Origin: Acidimicrobiales bacterium
Lineage (GTDB): Bacteria; Actinomycetota; Acidimicrobiia; Acidimicrobiales; JAUJNH01
NCBI GenBank assembly: GCA_038255915.1
Contig: JBBSKY010000002.1
Coordinates: forward strand, 13,371-77,370
Direction of reading: 5' to 3'
Length of the DNA stretch: 64,000 nt
Shown here: piece after piece, positions 26,290-34,517 of the stretch
How the letters are laid out: every line of letters begins with the position of its first letter
Position numbering within the stretch: the first letter of the stretch is position 1
Made by a program: the position numbers and the translations under genes
Notes under the pieces: model-generated
What the model saw: only the letters and a program-made list of their open reading frames with translations
The model's database searches: none
What the model was told of the DNA's origin: nothing

Positions 26290-27249
26290 TCAGACGATCA
26301 ATCGGATGACGTGGCGGGAGGCCTGGCGGAGGCGGGCGGGGAAGGTGGGGGGCGACGGGTCGGGGATGGAGCGGGCGGCGGCCAGGACCTCCGACGGCGG
26401 CCCGTCGCCGACGACGGTGGTGGTGGTGCCCCGCTGGGACCAGGTGACCACCTGGCCACCGGCCCACGTCCAGCGCCGGCCCATGCTGCCCCGAACGGCG
26501 AGGCGTTCGCCGCCCGTGGGCAGGGCTGCCGGGTCGGCCTCGCCCAGCTGGGAGAACACCGACAGGGTGCGCACCCCGTCGCCGTAGAGGACCTGGACGG
26601 CCGGGCCCCGACGGTAGGCGCCGAGGCGGGCATAGCCCCCGGCCAGCTCGAGGGGAGCCGGGAACGGGCTCGGCACCTGGTCGAGCCGGGGCACCGGGCG
26701 GGGCTCCCGGACCGAGACCGAGCTGGTCCCCACCGTTCGCAGCCCTTCCAGCGTGATGAACTCAACGACTCGCACGGTGACCCCCCGGGCGTCGTAGACC
26801 TGTCGGCGCAGCAGCAGCCCGGTGGCGTCGTCGACGTCGGCCTGCTCGGTGACCTGCCCGTTGAGGCCGAGCAGGACCCGGGTGGTGGGCCGGCCCAGGA
26901 TCAGCGGCCCGACCTCGGCCCGCACCTGGTACTTGGCGGCGGGATCGGGGGCGGTGCGGGCGGTGCCGACCCCTCCGGTCCAGGTCAGCGCCGGTTGCTG
27001 CACGCCGACGCCCAGCTCGAGCTCGCTGCCTTTGCCCTTCACCGGCATCGACTCCTCGTGGCCGCCGCCGTCGCCGTCGACCCAGCGGATCAGCACCGAG
27101 CCGTCGAAGGCCACCGAGCTCGAGGCGGCCTGCGCCCGGCGCAGCACCTCGGCGTCGCCGCCCGCCCGGGCCGGCACGGCGGTGAGCCCGGACACGACCA
27201 GGGCCAAGGCGGCGGGGACCGCCAGGCAGGCCGCGCCCCTGGGCCTCAT
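26290..27249 (-). CDS. Secreted RseB/MucB-like (LolA-fold) protein, tentative
   Basis: ATG 27249 overlaps the anti-sigma stop (ATGA). Has a signal peptide (ACLAVPAALALVVSGLTAVPARA). The position as third gene of the sigE operon suggests the function. Confidence 0.45.
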   Translation of the reverse strand: MRPRGAACLAVPAALALVVSGLTAVPARAGGDAEVLRRAQAASSSVAFDGSVLIRWVDGDGGGHEESMPVKGKGSELELGVGVQQPALTWTGGVGTARTAPDPAAKYQVRAEVGPLILGRPTTRVLLGLNGQVTEQADVDDATGLLLRRQVYDARGVTVRVVEFITLEGLRTVGTSSVSVREPRPVPRLDQVPSPFPAPLELAGGYARLGAYRRGPAVQVLYGDGVRTLSVFSQLGEADPAALPTGGERLAVRGSMGRRWTWAGGQVVTWSQRGTTTTVVGDGPPSEVLAAARSIPDPSPPTFPARLRQASRHVIRLIV

Positions 27250-27893
27250 CGGGTGAACGAGATCGGCATGGCCGCAGGGGCCAGTCCCGACACTGCGTCC
27301 GGTCCCGGCGAGGAGGTGGAGTGCTGCGAGACGAACGACGCCACGGCCGGCCGGCTGGGGTCGGCGGGCCCCTCCCGGCCGACCAGGCCCAGCACCCCGA
27401 CGCCCGCCGCCGCCACGGCTGCGGTGGCGGCCAGGAGCTGGCGGGTGCGGGGCCGCAGCGAGGCGTGGGCGGGTCGGGCCGCCGGAGCCGGCCAGGCCCA
27501 CGCTGGGCGCAGGACGTCCCGGGGCGGGTCGATGAGCGGCAGCGCCCGCAGGGCCGTGCGGGCCCAGGCCACCTCGTCGTGCTCGGCGGCACAGGCGGGG
27601 CAGGCGGCCAGGTGGTTGTCGATCCCGGCCCGCAGGTCGATCGCCACCTCACCGTCGAGGCAGGCCGAGATCAGGTCGCCGACGTGCACCGCCGGGGTGG
27701 CCCGCAGGATCCCGGCCGGCGCCTCCAGGGACGGCAGACCGCGCACGGCCAGGCGAGATGCCTCGACCTGGTCGCGCTCGGCCCCGCAGGCGGAGCAGCC
27801 GTCGATGTGGGCGGCCACCTCCCTGGCTTCGGCCGGGGTCAGCTCCCCGTCGAGCCAGGCCGACAGCAGGTCACCGGGATGCGCCACGGTCAT
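27246..27893 (-). CDS. Membrane anti-sigma factor with two tandem zinc-binding (HxxxCxxC) anti-sigma domains
   Basis: HIDGCSAC and HLAACPAC motifs sit in two roughly 57-aa homologous segments. A TM helix (LLAATAAVAAAGVGVLGLV) follows. ATGA overlaps at both ends. Confidence 0.8.
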   Translation of the reverse strand: MTVAHPGDLLSAWLDGELTPAEAREVAAHIDGCSACGAERDQVEASRLAVRGLPSLEAPAGILRATPAVHVGDLISACLDGEVAIDLRAGIDNHLAACPACAAEHDEVAWARTALRALPLIDPPRDVLRPAWAWPAPAARPAHASLRPRTRQLLAATAAVAAAGVGVLGLVGREGPADPSRPAVASFVSQHSTSSPGPDAVSGLAPAAMPISFTR

Positions 27894-28417
27894 GATTCCC
27901 GCCCGGCCAGGGCCTCGCGCAGCAGGGAGCGGCCCCGGTGGATGCGGCTGCGGACGGTGCCCACGGGCACGCCGAGCGAGGTGGCGATCTCCTGATAGGG
28001 CAGCCCGGCGACGTCGCAGAGGACCACGGCCACCCGGAACTCGTCGGGGAGCCCGTCGAGCGCCCGCTGGACGTCGGCCGACAGGGTGGCGTCGGAGAAC
28101 GTCTCCTCGGCGGCCTTGGTGGCCGGCAGCACCCGGTCGGCGCGGTCGGGCTCCTCGGGCAGCAGGTCGGTGGGGCGGCGCTGGCGGCGCCGGACGCCGT
28201 CGAGGAAGACGTTGGTGGTGATCCGGCTCAACCAGCCCTCCAGCGACCCGGGCCGATAGGTGGCGAGGCCCCGGTGGAGCCGGAGCAACACCTCCTGCAC
28301 GAGGTCGCGTGCGTCGTCGTCCTTGCCGGTGAGCCGGTAGGCCACGGTGTAGAGGAACCGCCCGTGCGTCCGGGCCACCTCTTCCCACGTCGGTACGGAA
28401 CCACCGTCGTCAGACAA
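27890..28417 (-). CDS. sigE: ECF sigma factor SigE
   Basis: PTWEEVARTHGRFLYTVAYRLTG..DARDLVQEV...GWLSRITTNVFLD closely follows mycobacterial SigE. The region 4 helix-turn-helix motif is YQEIATSLGVPVGTVRSRIHRGR. TTG start per the track. Confidence 0.9.
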   Translation of the reverse strand: MSDDGGSVPTWEEVARTHGRFLYTVAYRLTGKDDDARDLVQEVLLRLHRGLATYRPGSLEGWLSRITTNVFLDGVRRRQRRPTDLLPEEPDRADRVLPATKAAEETFSDATLSADVQRALDGLPDEFRVAVVLCDVAGLPYQEIATSLGVPVGTVRSRIHRGRSLLREALAGRES

Positions 28418-28441
28418 CGACGGCAGCCCTCAGTCGGTTCC
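28416..28441 (-). promoter_or_regulatory. ECF-type motif overlapping the sigE start codon (possible autoregulatory promoter)
   Basis: The minus strand reads GGAAC-N17-CGTT. The last two T of CGTT are the first two bases of the TTG start. Confidence 0.3.
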
Positions 28442-28455
28442 CTCCAGGGGAACGC

Positions 28456-28728
28456 TCAGTCCCGCTTGGCCTTCTGCTCGCGCTCGACGAGGAGCGCCTC
28501 GAGCTCGGACTTGGACAGCGTGACCTTCTCGTCGCCGTTGACCTTGGCCGCCTCGAGGGCCGCCGCCGCTTCCTTGGCATCCTTCTTGTGGTCGGTCTTG
28601 GCCGACTTCTCGAACTCGGTCTTGGCTTCGCCGAGCGAGCGGGCCAGCTTGGGCAGCTTGGCGCCACCAAAGATCAGCACGACGATCAGCAGCACGATGA
28701 TGAGCTCGGGGGCGCCGATGTTCGGCAT
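28456..28728 (-). CDS. tatA: Twin-arginine translocase subunit TatA
   Basis: MPNIGAPELIIVLLIVVLIFGGAKLPKLARSLGEA (TM helix, FG hinge, amphipathic helix). GGAGG upstream of ATG 28728. Confidence 0.9.
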   Translation of the reverse strand: MPNIGAPELIIVLLIVVLIFGGAKLPKLARSLGEAKTEFEKSAKTDHKKDAKEAAAALEAAKVNGDEKVTLSKSELEALLVEREQKAKRD

Positions 28729-28797
28729 GCTGTGGCCTCCTAGGCAGGCAGTTCCAATGGATACGGTACCGCTCCCCGGGGCGGATGGCACACGCGG

Positions 28798-28828
28798 CGG
28801 GGCCCGCCAGGTGCGCTGGCGGGCCCCG
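28798..28828 (-). terminator. Perfect 13-bp stem hairpin after whiB1-like gene
   Basis: CGGGGCCCGCCAG-gtgcg-CTGGCGGGCCCCG lies 30 nt after the stop at 28858. No U-tract. Confidence 0.6.
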
Positions 28829-28857
28829 ACGGGGGAAGGTTCAGCTGTTGGGGGTGA

Positions 28858-29133
28858 TCAGGCGGTGGACACGGTGCGGCGGGAGACGGCCCGGCTGCGG
28901 CGGATGCGGCGGCGTTCCCGCTCGCTGAGACCGCCCCAGATCCCGAACTTCTCGCCGTTGGCCAGCGCGTACTCGAGGCAGTCGTCCTGCACGACGCAGC
29001 CCCGGCAGACCTCCTTGGCCTCGCGCGTCGAGGCTCCCCGCTCGGGGAAGAACAGGTCCGGGTCCACCCCCATGCAGTTGGCTCGGCTCTGCCAGTCAGG
29101 CACATCGCTTCGGAGCGTGGTGACCAGTTCCAT
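28858..29133 (-). CDS. whiB: WhiB-family Fe-S transcription factor (WhiB1-like)
   Basis: ANCMGVDPDLFFPERG...AKEVCRGCVVQDDCLEYAL...GIWGGLSERERRRIRR. Confidence 0.9.
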   Translation of the reverse strand: MELVTTLRSDVPDWQSRANCMGVDPDLFFPERGASTREAKEVCRGCVVQDDCLEYALANGEKFGIWGGLSERERRRIRRSRAVSRRTVSTA

Positions 29134-29290
29134 CGGCTTGACCTCCCTCGTGGTCCGTCAGGGGAAGCCCCCTTTAGCACCGATGTAGTTACAGCGGTGT
29201 GATTCTCTCTCACCTTCCCCTCGTTGCGCAAGTGGCAACCTCGATTTCCCCCAGCGACACGCGGAGGACACCGTTCGTAGACTCGGGCCG

Positions 29291-29539
29291 ATGCCCAACA
29301 TCGGCGCCCCTGAGCTGATCATCCTCCTGCTGATCACGGGGGTGATCGTGGCCCCGATCGTGGGCGTGTTCACGCTCATCGACATCGCTCGACGTCCGGA
29401 GGCGGCGTTCGTGGCGGCCGGCCAGAGCCGTACGACGTGGCTGGTCATCGCCGTCCTGTCGGTGGTCGTGCCCTGCGTCTGGTTCGCTTCGGTCTACTAC
29501 CTGCTCGCCGTCCGCCCGAAGCTGGCCACCCGCTCCTGA
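29291..29539 (+). CDS. DUF2516-like small membrane protein with a TatA-like N-terminus
   Basis: The pattern LIDIARRPEAAFVAAGQSRTTWLVI...YLLAVRPKL resembles DUF2516 as I recall it. The first 15 aa (MPNIGAPELIILLLI) nearly equal the TatA start. Confidence 0.6.
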   Translation: MPNIGAPELIILLLITGVIVAPIVGVFTLIDIARRPEAAFVAAGQSRTTWLVIAVLSVVVPCVWFASVYYLLAVRPKLATRS

Positions 29540-29543
29540 GCGA

Positions 29544-31562
29544 TCAGCCCGCCCGCCGACGGCTCATGGTCCGCTTCTGCTCGAGGAAGTCGACCAGCAC
29601 GTAGTCGCCGAGGGTCTCGGGCGTGGTGAAGAAGGCGCGGCCCCGGTTCAGCTCGGTCATCTTCTCCACGAAGTGGCGCAGGGCCGGGGACGCATCGAGC
29701 ATGAAGGTGTTGATGGTGATCCCCTCACGGGTGCACCGGTTGACCTCGGCCAGGGTGGCGTCGCGGGTGGCCGGGTGGGTGGGGTAGTGGAAGAAGGGGG
29801 CACCGTCGGCCTGGAGGTGGGCGGTGGGCTCGCCATCGGTGATCATGATGATCTGGCGGGTGCCCGTCTGGCGGGCCAGCAGCCGGCGGCCCAGCAGGAG
29901 GGCGTGCTGCATGTTGGTGCCGTAGACGAAGTCCCAGGACACCTCGGGCAGCTGCTCGGGCTTCAGCTCGCGGGCCACCTCGGAGAAGCCGATCAGGCCC
30001 AGGTAGTCCCGGGGGTACTGGCTCGAGATCAGGAAGTGCAGGGCCATGGCCACCTTCTTGGCCGCCAGGAAGCTGTCGCGCATCGGCATCGACAGGGACA
30101 GATCGAGCATCACCACGGTGGAGCTGCGGGTCAGGTGCTCGCTGCGCTCGACCTCGAAGTCGTCGGGGCTCAGCCGCACCGGGGTGCCCGGCCCGCCCCG
30201 CAGGACGGCGTTGCGCACGGTGCGCTGGATGTCGAGGTTGAACGGGTCGCCGAAGGCGTAGGGCTTGGTGTCGTCGGTGCGCTCGACGCCGATGCCCTGG
30301 CGGAGGGTCTCGTGGCGGCCCAGCTTGTCCTTGGCCAGCTTGGAGAACAGCTGGGAGAGGGCGTTCCGGCCGATCTTGCGCAGGCCCCGTGGGGTCAGCT
30401 CGTAGCGCCCCTCCCGCCGTTCGAGCAGGCCGGCCTCCTCGAGCTGGCGGGCCAGGGCGGCCAGCCGATCCAGGCTGGCGGTGGCGTCGTCGCCGAGCAG
30501 CTGGCGGGCCCGCTCCAGGTCGATCTGGGCCAGGGCGCCCGGGTTGGCGGCGCCCCGCAGCATCTGCTCCATCTGGTCGAGATCGCCCAGGTCCCGCATC
30601 GTTGAGGTCGCCTCGCCCATCGACAGCGGCTGGTCGCCCTCGAAGCCGTGGCCCTGGTCCCAGCCCAGTGCCGGGAACATCTGCTGCAGGTTGGCGCCCA
30701 GCCGGCTGACCTGGAACGACAGGTCCATGTCGGCCAGGAGGGCGTCGGACAGCTGCTGCAGCTGGGCCCGCTGCTCGGGCGACATCGAGTTCAGCATCTG
30801 CTGGGCGGCGGCCATCTGCTCGGCCATCTGGGCCAGCAGCTCGTCGAGGTTGGCCGGGTGGCCGGGGAAGAAGGCGCCGTGGCGGGCGAGGAACTGCTCG
30901 AACTGCTCCTGGGTGTCGGTGCCCTGCCGGCGGGCCTCGATCAGAGCGTTCAGGTCGTTGAACATGTCCTTCATGGCCTGCAGCTGGGCGGGGTCCTGGG
31001 CCGCCCGCTGCATCGACTGGGCCATCTCGCCGAACCGGGCGGCCAGCATCTGCTCCCGCAGCTCCTCGACCAGGCGGGCGAAGGCCTCCTGGGCCGCGGT
31101 CGAGGTGAAGTCGTACCGCTGCAGCCCCTGCACCCGGCCGGCCAGGTCGTCGGGCAGCAGGTCGAGCTGGAGGCGGCGCTCGGCCATGGCCGTGCCGCTG
31201 ACCTCCTGGCGCCGCTGGTCAGCGCTGGTGGCGGCCTGCTCGGCCAGCCGGTCGATCTCGGTCCGCTCAGTCGCCAGGACCTCGGCCAGCTGCTCGGCGA
31301 CCCTCTCGTACACCCCGCCGAGATCGTGCTGCTCCAGGATCTCCCGGCGCTGACGCCGCAGCTGCTCGAGCAGCTCACGCAGGCCCTGGACCCGCTCGCC
31401 GTCGGGCGTCTCGAACCCCGACTGGAGGAGCCGGCGCAGGGCCGAGCCGACGTCGCCGTGGTACAGCAGGTCGTCGGTGAGCTGGGACAGCAGCTCGTCG
31501 GCGTCGATGTCGAACCCGGCCTGGGTCCCGTCGAAGCGGGAGTAGCGGTGGCGCCACGGCAT
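29544..31562 (-). CDS. VWA-domain protein (partner of ChlI/MoxR-like ATPase)
   Basis: ATG 31562 (MPWRHRYSRFDG). Long acidic/Gln-rich helical N-region. C-terminal VWA domain with MIDAS motif VVMLDLSLSM. Confidence 0.8.
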   Translation of the reverse strand: MPWRHRYSRFDGTQAGFDIDADELLSQLTDDLLYHGDVGSALRRLLQSGFETPDGERVQGLRELLEQLRRQRREILEQHDLGGVYERVAEQLAEVLATERTEIDRLAEQAATSADQRRQEVSGTAMAERRLQLDLLPDDLAGRVQGLQRYDFTSTAAQEAFARLVEELREQMLAARFGEMAQSMQRAAQDPAQLQAMKDMFNDLNALIEARRQGTDTQEQFEQFLARHGAFFPGHPANLDELLAQMAEQMAAAQQMLNSMSPEQRAQLQQLSDALLADMDLSFQVSRLGANLQQMFPALGWDQGHGFEGDQPLSMGEATSTMRDLGDLDQMEQMLRGAANPGALAQIDLERARQLLGDDATASLDRLAALARQLEEAGLLERREGRYELTPRGLRKIGRNALSQLFSKLAKDKLGRHETLRQGIGVERTDDTKPYAFGDPFNLDIQRTVRNAVLRGGPGTPVRLSPDDFEVERSEHLTRSSTVVMLDLSLSMPMRDSFLAAKKVAMALHFLISSQYPRDYLGLIGFSEVARELKPEQLPEVSWDFVYGTNMQHALLLGRRLLARQTGTRQIIMITDGEPTAHLQADGAPFFHYPTHPATRDATLAEVNRCTREGITINTFMLDASPALRHFVEKMTELNRGRAFFTTPETLGDYVLVDFLEQKRTMSRRRAG

Positions 31563-31638
31563 GGCCGGCAACGCTAGGTCGCGACGAGGCCTGTGCGACG
31601 AACGCGTCCCGGTCCCGCCCGGCGTAGAATCGAACGAT

Positions 31639-32349
31639 GTGGACACCAGGCTGTGGTCGTCGGGCGAGGTGGCCGACCTCCTGGCCACCTCGGCGCCGTC
31701 GGTCCGCCGGACCGCCGCCTCTGCGGGGATCACCGCCAGCCTGACCCCCGGTGGGCACCGACGGTTCACCACCGGACAGGTCAGCCAGATCACCAGCCGA
31801 CTCGGCATCGTCCCCCGGGTCGACGGCCTGAGCCGTGTGGAGGTCCAGGTGCTGGCTGCGGTCGCCCGGCATCCCTTCGGTCTCGCCTCGATCCGAGCCG
31901 TCGCCCGCGCCGCAGCAGTGTCTCCGACGGCGGCAGCAAGAGCGGCGGCGTCGTTGGCGCGGCACGGCTACCTCGGCCAGGAAGAGGTCACGGTGGTCGA
32001 CCGCGGTGCGGCCCGGCCCGGCACCAGGTGGCGCCTCGTCCTCGGCGAGCCCTGGTTCGCGGTGGCCGCGCTCGTCAGCGCCACCGTGCTGCCTACCCCC
32101 CGACCCGGGCCGCGCCCCACCCGGGTCCCGCGCCGCTTCTGGCACCTGTTCTGGAACGCCGAGCCGGCCGCGCTCACCGTCGACGCCGACGGCGGGTTCA
32201 TCGCCACCCGGCTCATCCTCGGTCCCGACCTGGCCGCTCGTTCGTGGGCCCTCGGTCAGCTCCCCGCTGCCGCCCTGGGCCAGGCCGCCGGCAACCGGGC
32301 CGCCGGACCGACCCTGCGGGCGATGATCCACCGAGCGGGCGGGACATGA
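31639..32349 (+). CDS. HTH/winged-helix protein, putative AbiEi-like antitoxin
   Basis: Excisionase-type HTH (WSSGEVADLLATSAPSVRR...GGHRRF) plus a MarR-like winged helix. The stop overlaps the toxin start (ATGA). The start is uncertain: GTG 31639 is preferred over ATG 31561, which would overlap the divergent VWA start. Confidence 0.5.
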   Translation: MDTRLWSSGEVADLLATSAPSVRRTAASAGITASLTPGGHRRFTTGQVSQITSRLGIVPRVDGLSRVEVQVLAAVARHPFGLASIRAVARAAAVSPTAAARAAASLARHGYLGQEEVTVVDRGAARPGTRWRLVLGEPWFAVAALVSATVLPTPRPGPRPTRVPRRFWHLFWNAEPAALTVDADGGFIATRLILGPDLAARSWALGQLPAAALGQAAGNRAAGPTLRAMIHRAGGT

Positions 32350-33026
32350 CCGACCTGGCCGCACTGGCCGACGTCCTCCCGAAGGCCACCGCGGATGCGT
32401 GGCCCTCCGTCGCCTCGGTGGCCCCGGCCGACGCCGTCCTGATGGGAGGCACGGCCCTCGCCATCCACCTGCACCACCGGGTCAGCCGCGATCTCGACAT
32501 CTTCACAACCGTCGAGTTCGACCCGGACGAGATCGAGGCCCGCCTCAGGAGGCTCGGCCTGTTCGCCACGACGCTCAAGGGCGAGGGCACCCTGAACGGG
32601 GTGTTCAACGAGGCCAAGGTCCAGTTCCTGTGGGCCAAAGGGCAATGCACGCTGGAAGCGCCCACGCCGGTGGCCGGGCTGCCCGTCGGGTCGCTGTCCG
32701 ACCTGTTTGCCACCAAGCTCAAGGTGATCGCCGACCGCGGCGAACTGCGCGACTACTTCGACCTGATGACGATCGAGACGAAGGCCCGACGGCGGGCCGA
32801 AGAAGGACTGGCGCTCTACCTCCACCGCTACGGGATCGACGAGACGCACCCGACCGTCGACGCCATCGTCCGTGGCCTCGGGTTCCTCGATGACGTCAAC
32901 GACGACCCCTACCTGACCAGGGAGCACGGGCCCGGGATCCGCGCCTCCATCGCCAGCTACTGGGCCGCCCGCCAGCAAGAGCTGATCGCCCACCTGGACC
33001 CCGGCCATCCACCACCGAGCACGTAG
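32346..33026 (+). CDS. Nucleotidyltransferase AbiEii/AbiGii-family toxin (DUF1814)
   Basis: LMGGTALAIHLHHRVSRDLDIF signature, later KLKVIADRGELRDYFDL. Confidence 0.75.
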   Translation: MTDLAALADVLPKATADAWPSVASVAPADAVLMGGTALAIHLHHRVSRDLDIFTTVEFDPDEIEARLRRLGLFATTLKGEGTLNGVFNEAKVQFLWAKGQCTLEAPTPVAGLPVGSLSDLFATKLKVIADRGELRDYFDLMTIETKARRRAEEGLALYLHRYGIDETHPTVDAIVRGLGFLDDVNDDPYLTREHGPGIRASIASYWAARQQELIAHLDPGHPPPST

Positions 33027-33036
33027 GCCAGCCGCC

Positions 33037-34443
33037 CTACCGGGTGGTGTAGGCAGCCCTCGGGCCGGCGGAGTCCTTGTTCAGGCGCTTGGACAGGTGG
33101 AGGCCCTCGAGGACGAACTCGACGGCGCTGGCCCAGAGCCCCGGGCTCTCGGCTCCCTTGGTCAGGGTGGCCACCACCTCCTTCAGGGCGGGGAGCCCGT
33201 CGACGGCGGCGACGTAGTCGCGGGCCGGCAGGTCGTCGCCGGCGTGCAGGACCATCCCGCGGTCGAACGACAGCACGATGTCGGCGACGGCGGAGCTGGG
33301 CACCCGTTCCTTGAACACGGTGAGGACGGCGGCCTTGAGCAGGCGGTCGACCACCTCGGCGCCGGCCCGGTCCTCGAGGGCCTCGACCTCGATCTTGCCG
33401 GTGGTCGAGGCCACCAGGGCGCCCAGGTCGCTGATCCGGGGCACCGCCTGCTTCTCACCCGCCCGCAGGGCCCGGCGGGCGGCGGCGGCGCACAGAACCT
33501 CGTGGTTGGCCACGCTGAGCCGCACCGACACGCCTGAGCGCTGGTTGACCTGGGGCGACACCCGGGCCAGCTGGCTGACGGTGGCGACGATGTCGACCAT
33601 GAAGTCGGGCACCTCGACGCGCAGGCCGGCGACGTCGAAGGGCACCGCCTCCTGGCCGATCACCGCCACCTCGGTGGCCAGGTCGAGGGGGTAGTGGGTG
33701 CGGATCTGGCTGCCGAATCGGTCCTTCAGCGGCGTGATGATCCGGCCCCGGTTGGTGTAGTCCTCCGGGTTCGCCGAGGCCACCAGCAGCAGGTCGAGCG
33801 GCAATCGCACCTTGTAGCCGCGGATCTGCACGTCGCGCTCCTCGAGCACGTTGAGCAGGCCGACCTGGATGCGCTCGGCCAGGTCGGGCAGCTCGTTGAT
33901 GGCGAAGATCCCCCGGTTGGTGCGGGGCACCAGGCCGTAGTGGATGGTGAGCTCGTCGGAGAGGTAGCGGCCCTCGGCCACCTTGATCGGATCGACCTCG
34001 CCGATGAGGTCGGCGATGGCGGTGTCGGGGGTGGCCAGCTTCTCACCGAAGCGGGTGTCTCGATGGACCCACTCGATCGGCGTGGCCTCGCCGTGGGCGG
34101 CCACCAGGTCACGTGCATGGAGGCTGACGGGCGCGTAGGGGTCGTCCTGGATCTCCGAGCCGGCGACGACGGGCAGCCACTCGTCGAGCAACCCGGTGAG
34201 CGAGCGGATCATCCGGGTCTTGGCCTGGCCCCGCTCACCCAGGAAGATGAGGTCGTGGCCGGCCAGGAGGGCGTTCTCCAGCTGGGGCAGGACGGTGTCC
34301 TCATAGCCCTGCACTCCCTCGACGAGGGGCCGGCCCTCGGCCACGCGGGCAGCGGCGTTGCGCCGCACCTCCTCCTTGACGGGGACCGACGTCCACCCCG
34401 AGTCACGGAGCGCTCCAAGCGTGGACGGACGGGCTGCACCCAT
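33037..34443 (-). CDS. AAA+ ATPase of the Mg-chelatase ChlI / sigma54-interaction-domain type
   Basis: Walker A-like FLGERGQAKT, Walker B GIFAINELPDL, and NVLEERDVQIRGY...LLLVASANPEDY. Confidence 0.8.
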   Translation of the reverse strand: MGAARPSTLGALRDSGWTSVPVKEEVRRNAAARVAEGRPLVEGVQGYEDTVLPQLENALLAGHDLIFLGERGQAKTRMIRSLTGLLDEWLPVVAGSEIQDDPYAPVSLHARDLVAAHGEATPIEWVHRDTRFGEKLATPDTAIADLIGEVDPIKVAEGRYLSDELTIHYGLVPRTNRGIFAINELPDLAERIQVGLLNVLEERDVQIRGYKVRLPLDLLLVASANPEDYTNRGRIITPLKDRFGSQIRTHYPLDLATEVAVIGQEAVPFDVAGLRVEVPDFMVDIVATVSQLARVSPQVNQRSGVSVRLSVANHEVLCAAAARRALRAGEKQAVPRISDLGALVASTTGKIEVEALEDRAGAEVVDRLLKAAVLTVFKERVPSSAVADIVLSFDRGMVLHAGDDLPARDYVAAVDGLPALKEVVATLTKGAESPGLWASAVEFVLEGLHLSKRLNKDSAGPRAAYTTR

Positions 34444-34517
34444 GGCGGCGACCCTACCGCCGGGCGTTTCGCAAGCTCCGGGGCCAGGGGCCTCGCTCGG
34501 ATCCCGGCCGTAGGGCC

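Noticed and set aside
26092-28221. 709-aa plus-strand ORF
   Set aside because: It is antisense to the RseB-like, anti-sigma and sigE genes. It is Arg/Gly/Pro-rich.
31561-31638. ATG 31561 as start of the HTH (antitoxin-like) gene
   Set aside because: It would overlap the divergent VWA start codon (31562), and the extra 26 residues are Arg/Pro-rich. The in-frame GTG 31639 precedes the HTH directly. The TAGAAT at 31624 fits only an out-of-frame ATG, so no promoter call was made.
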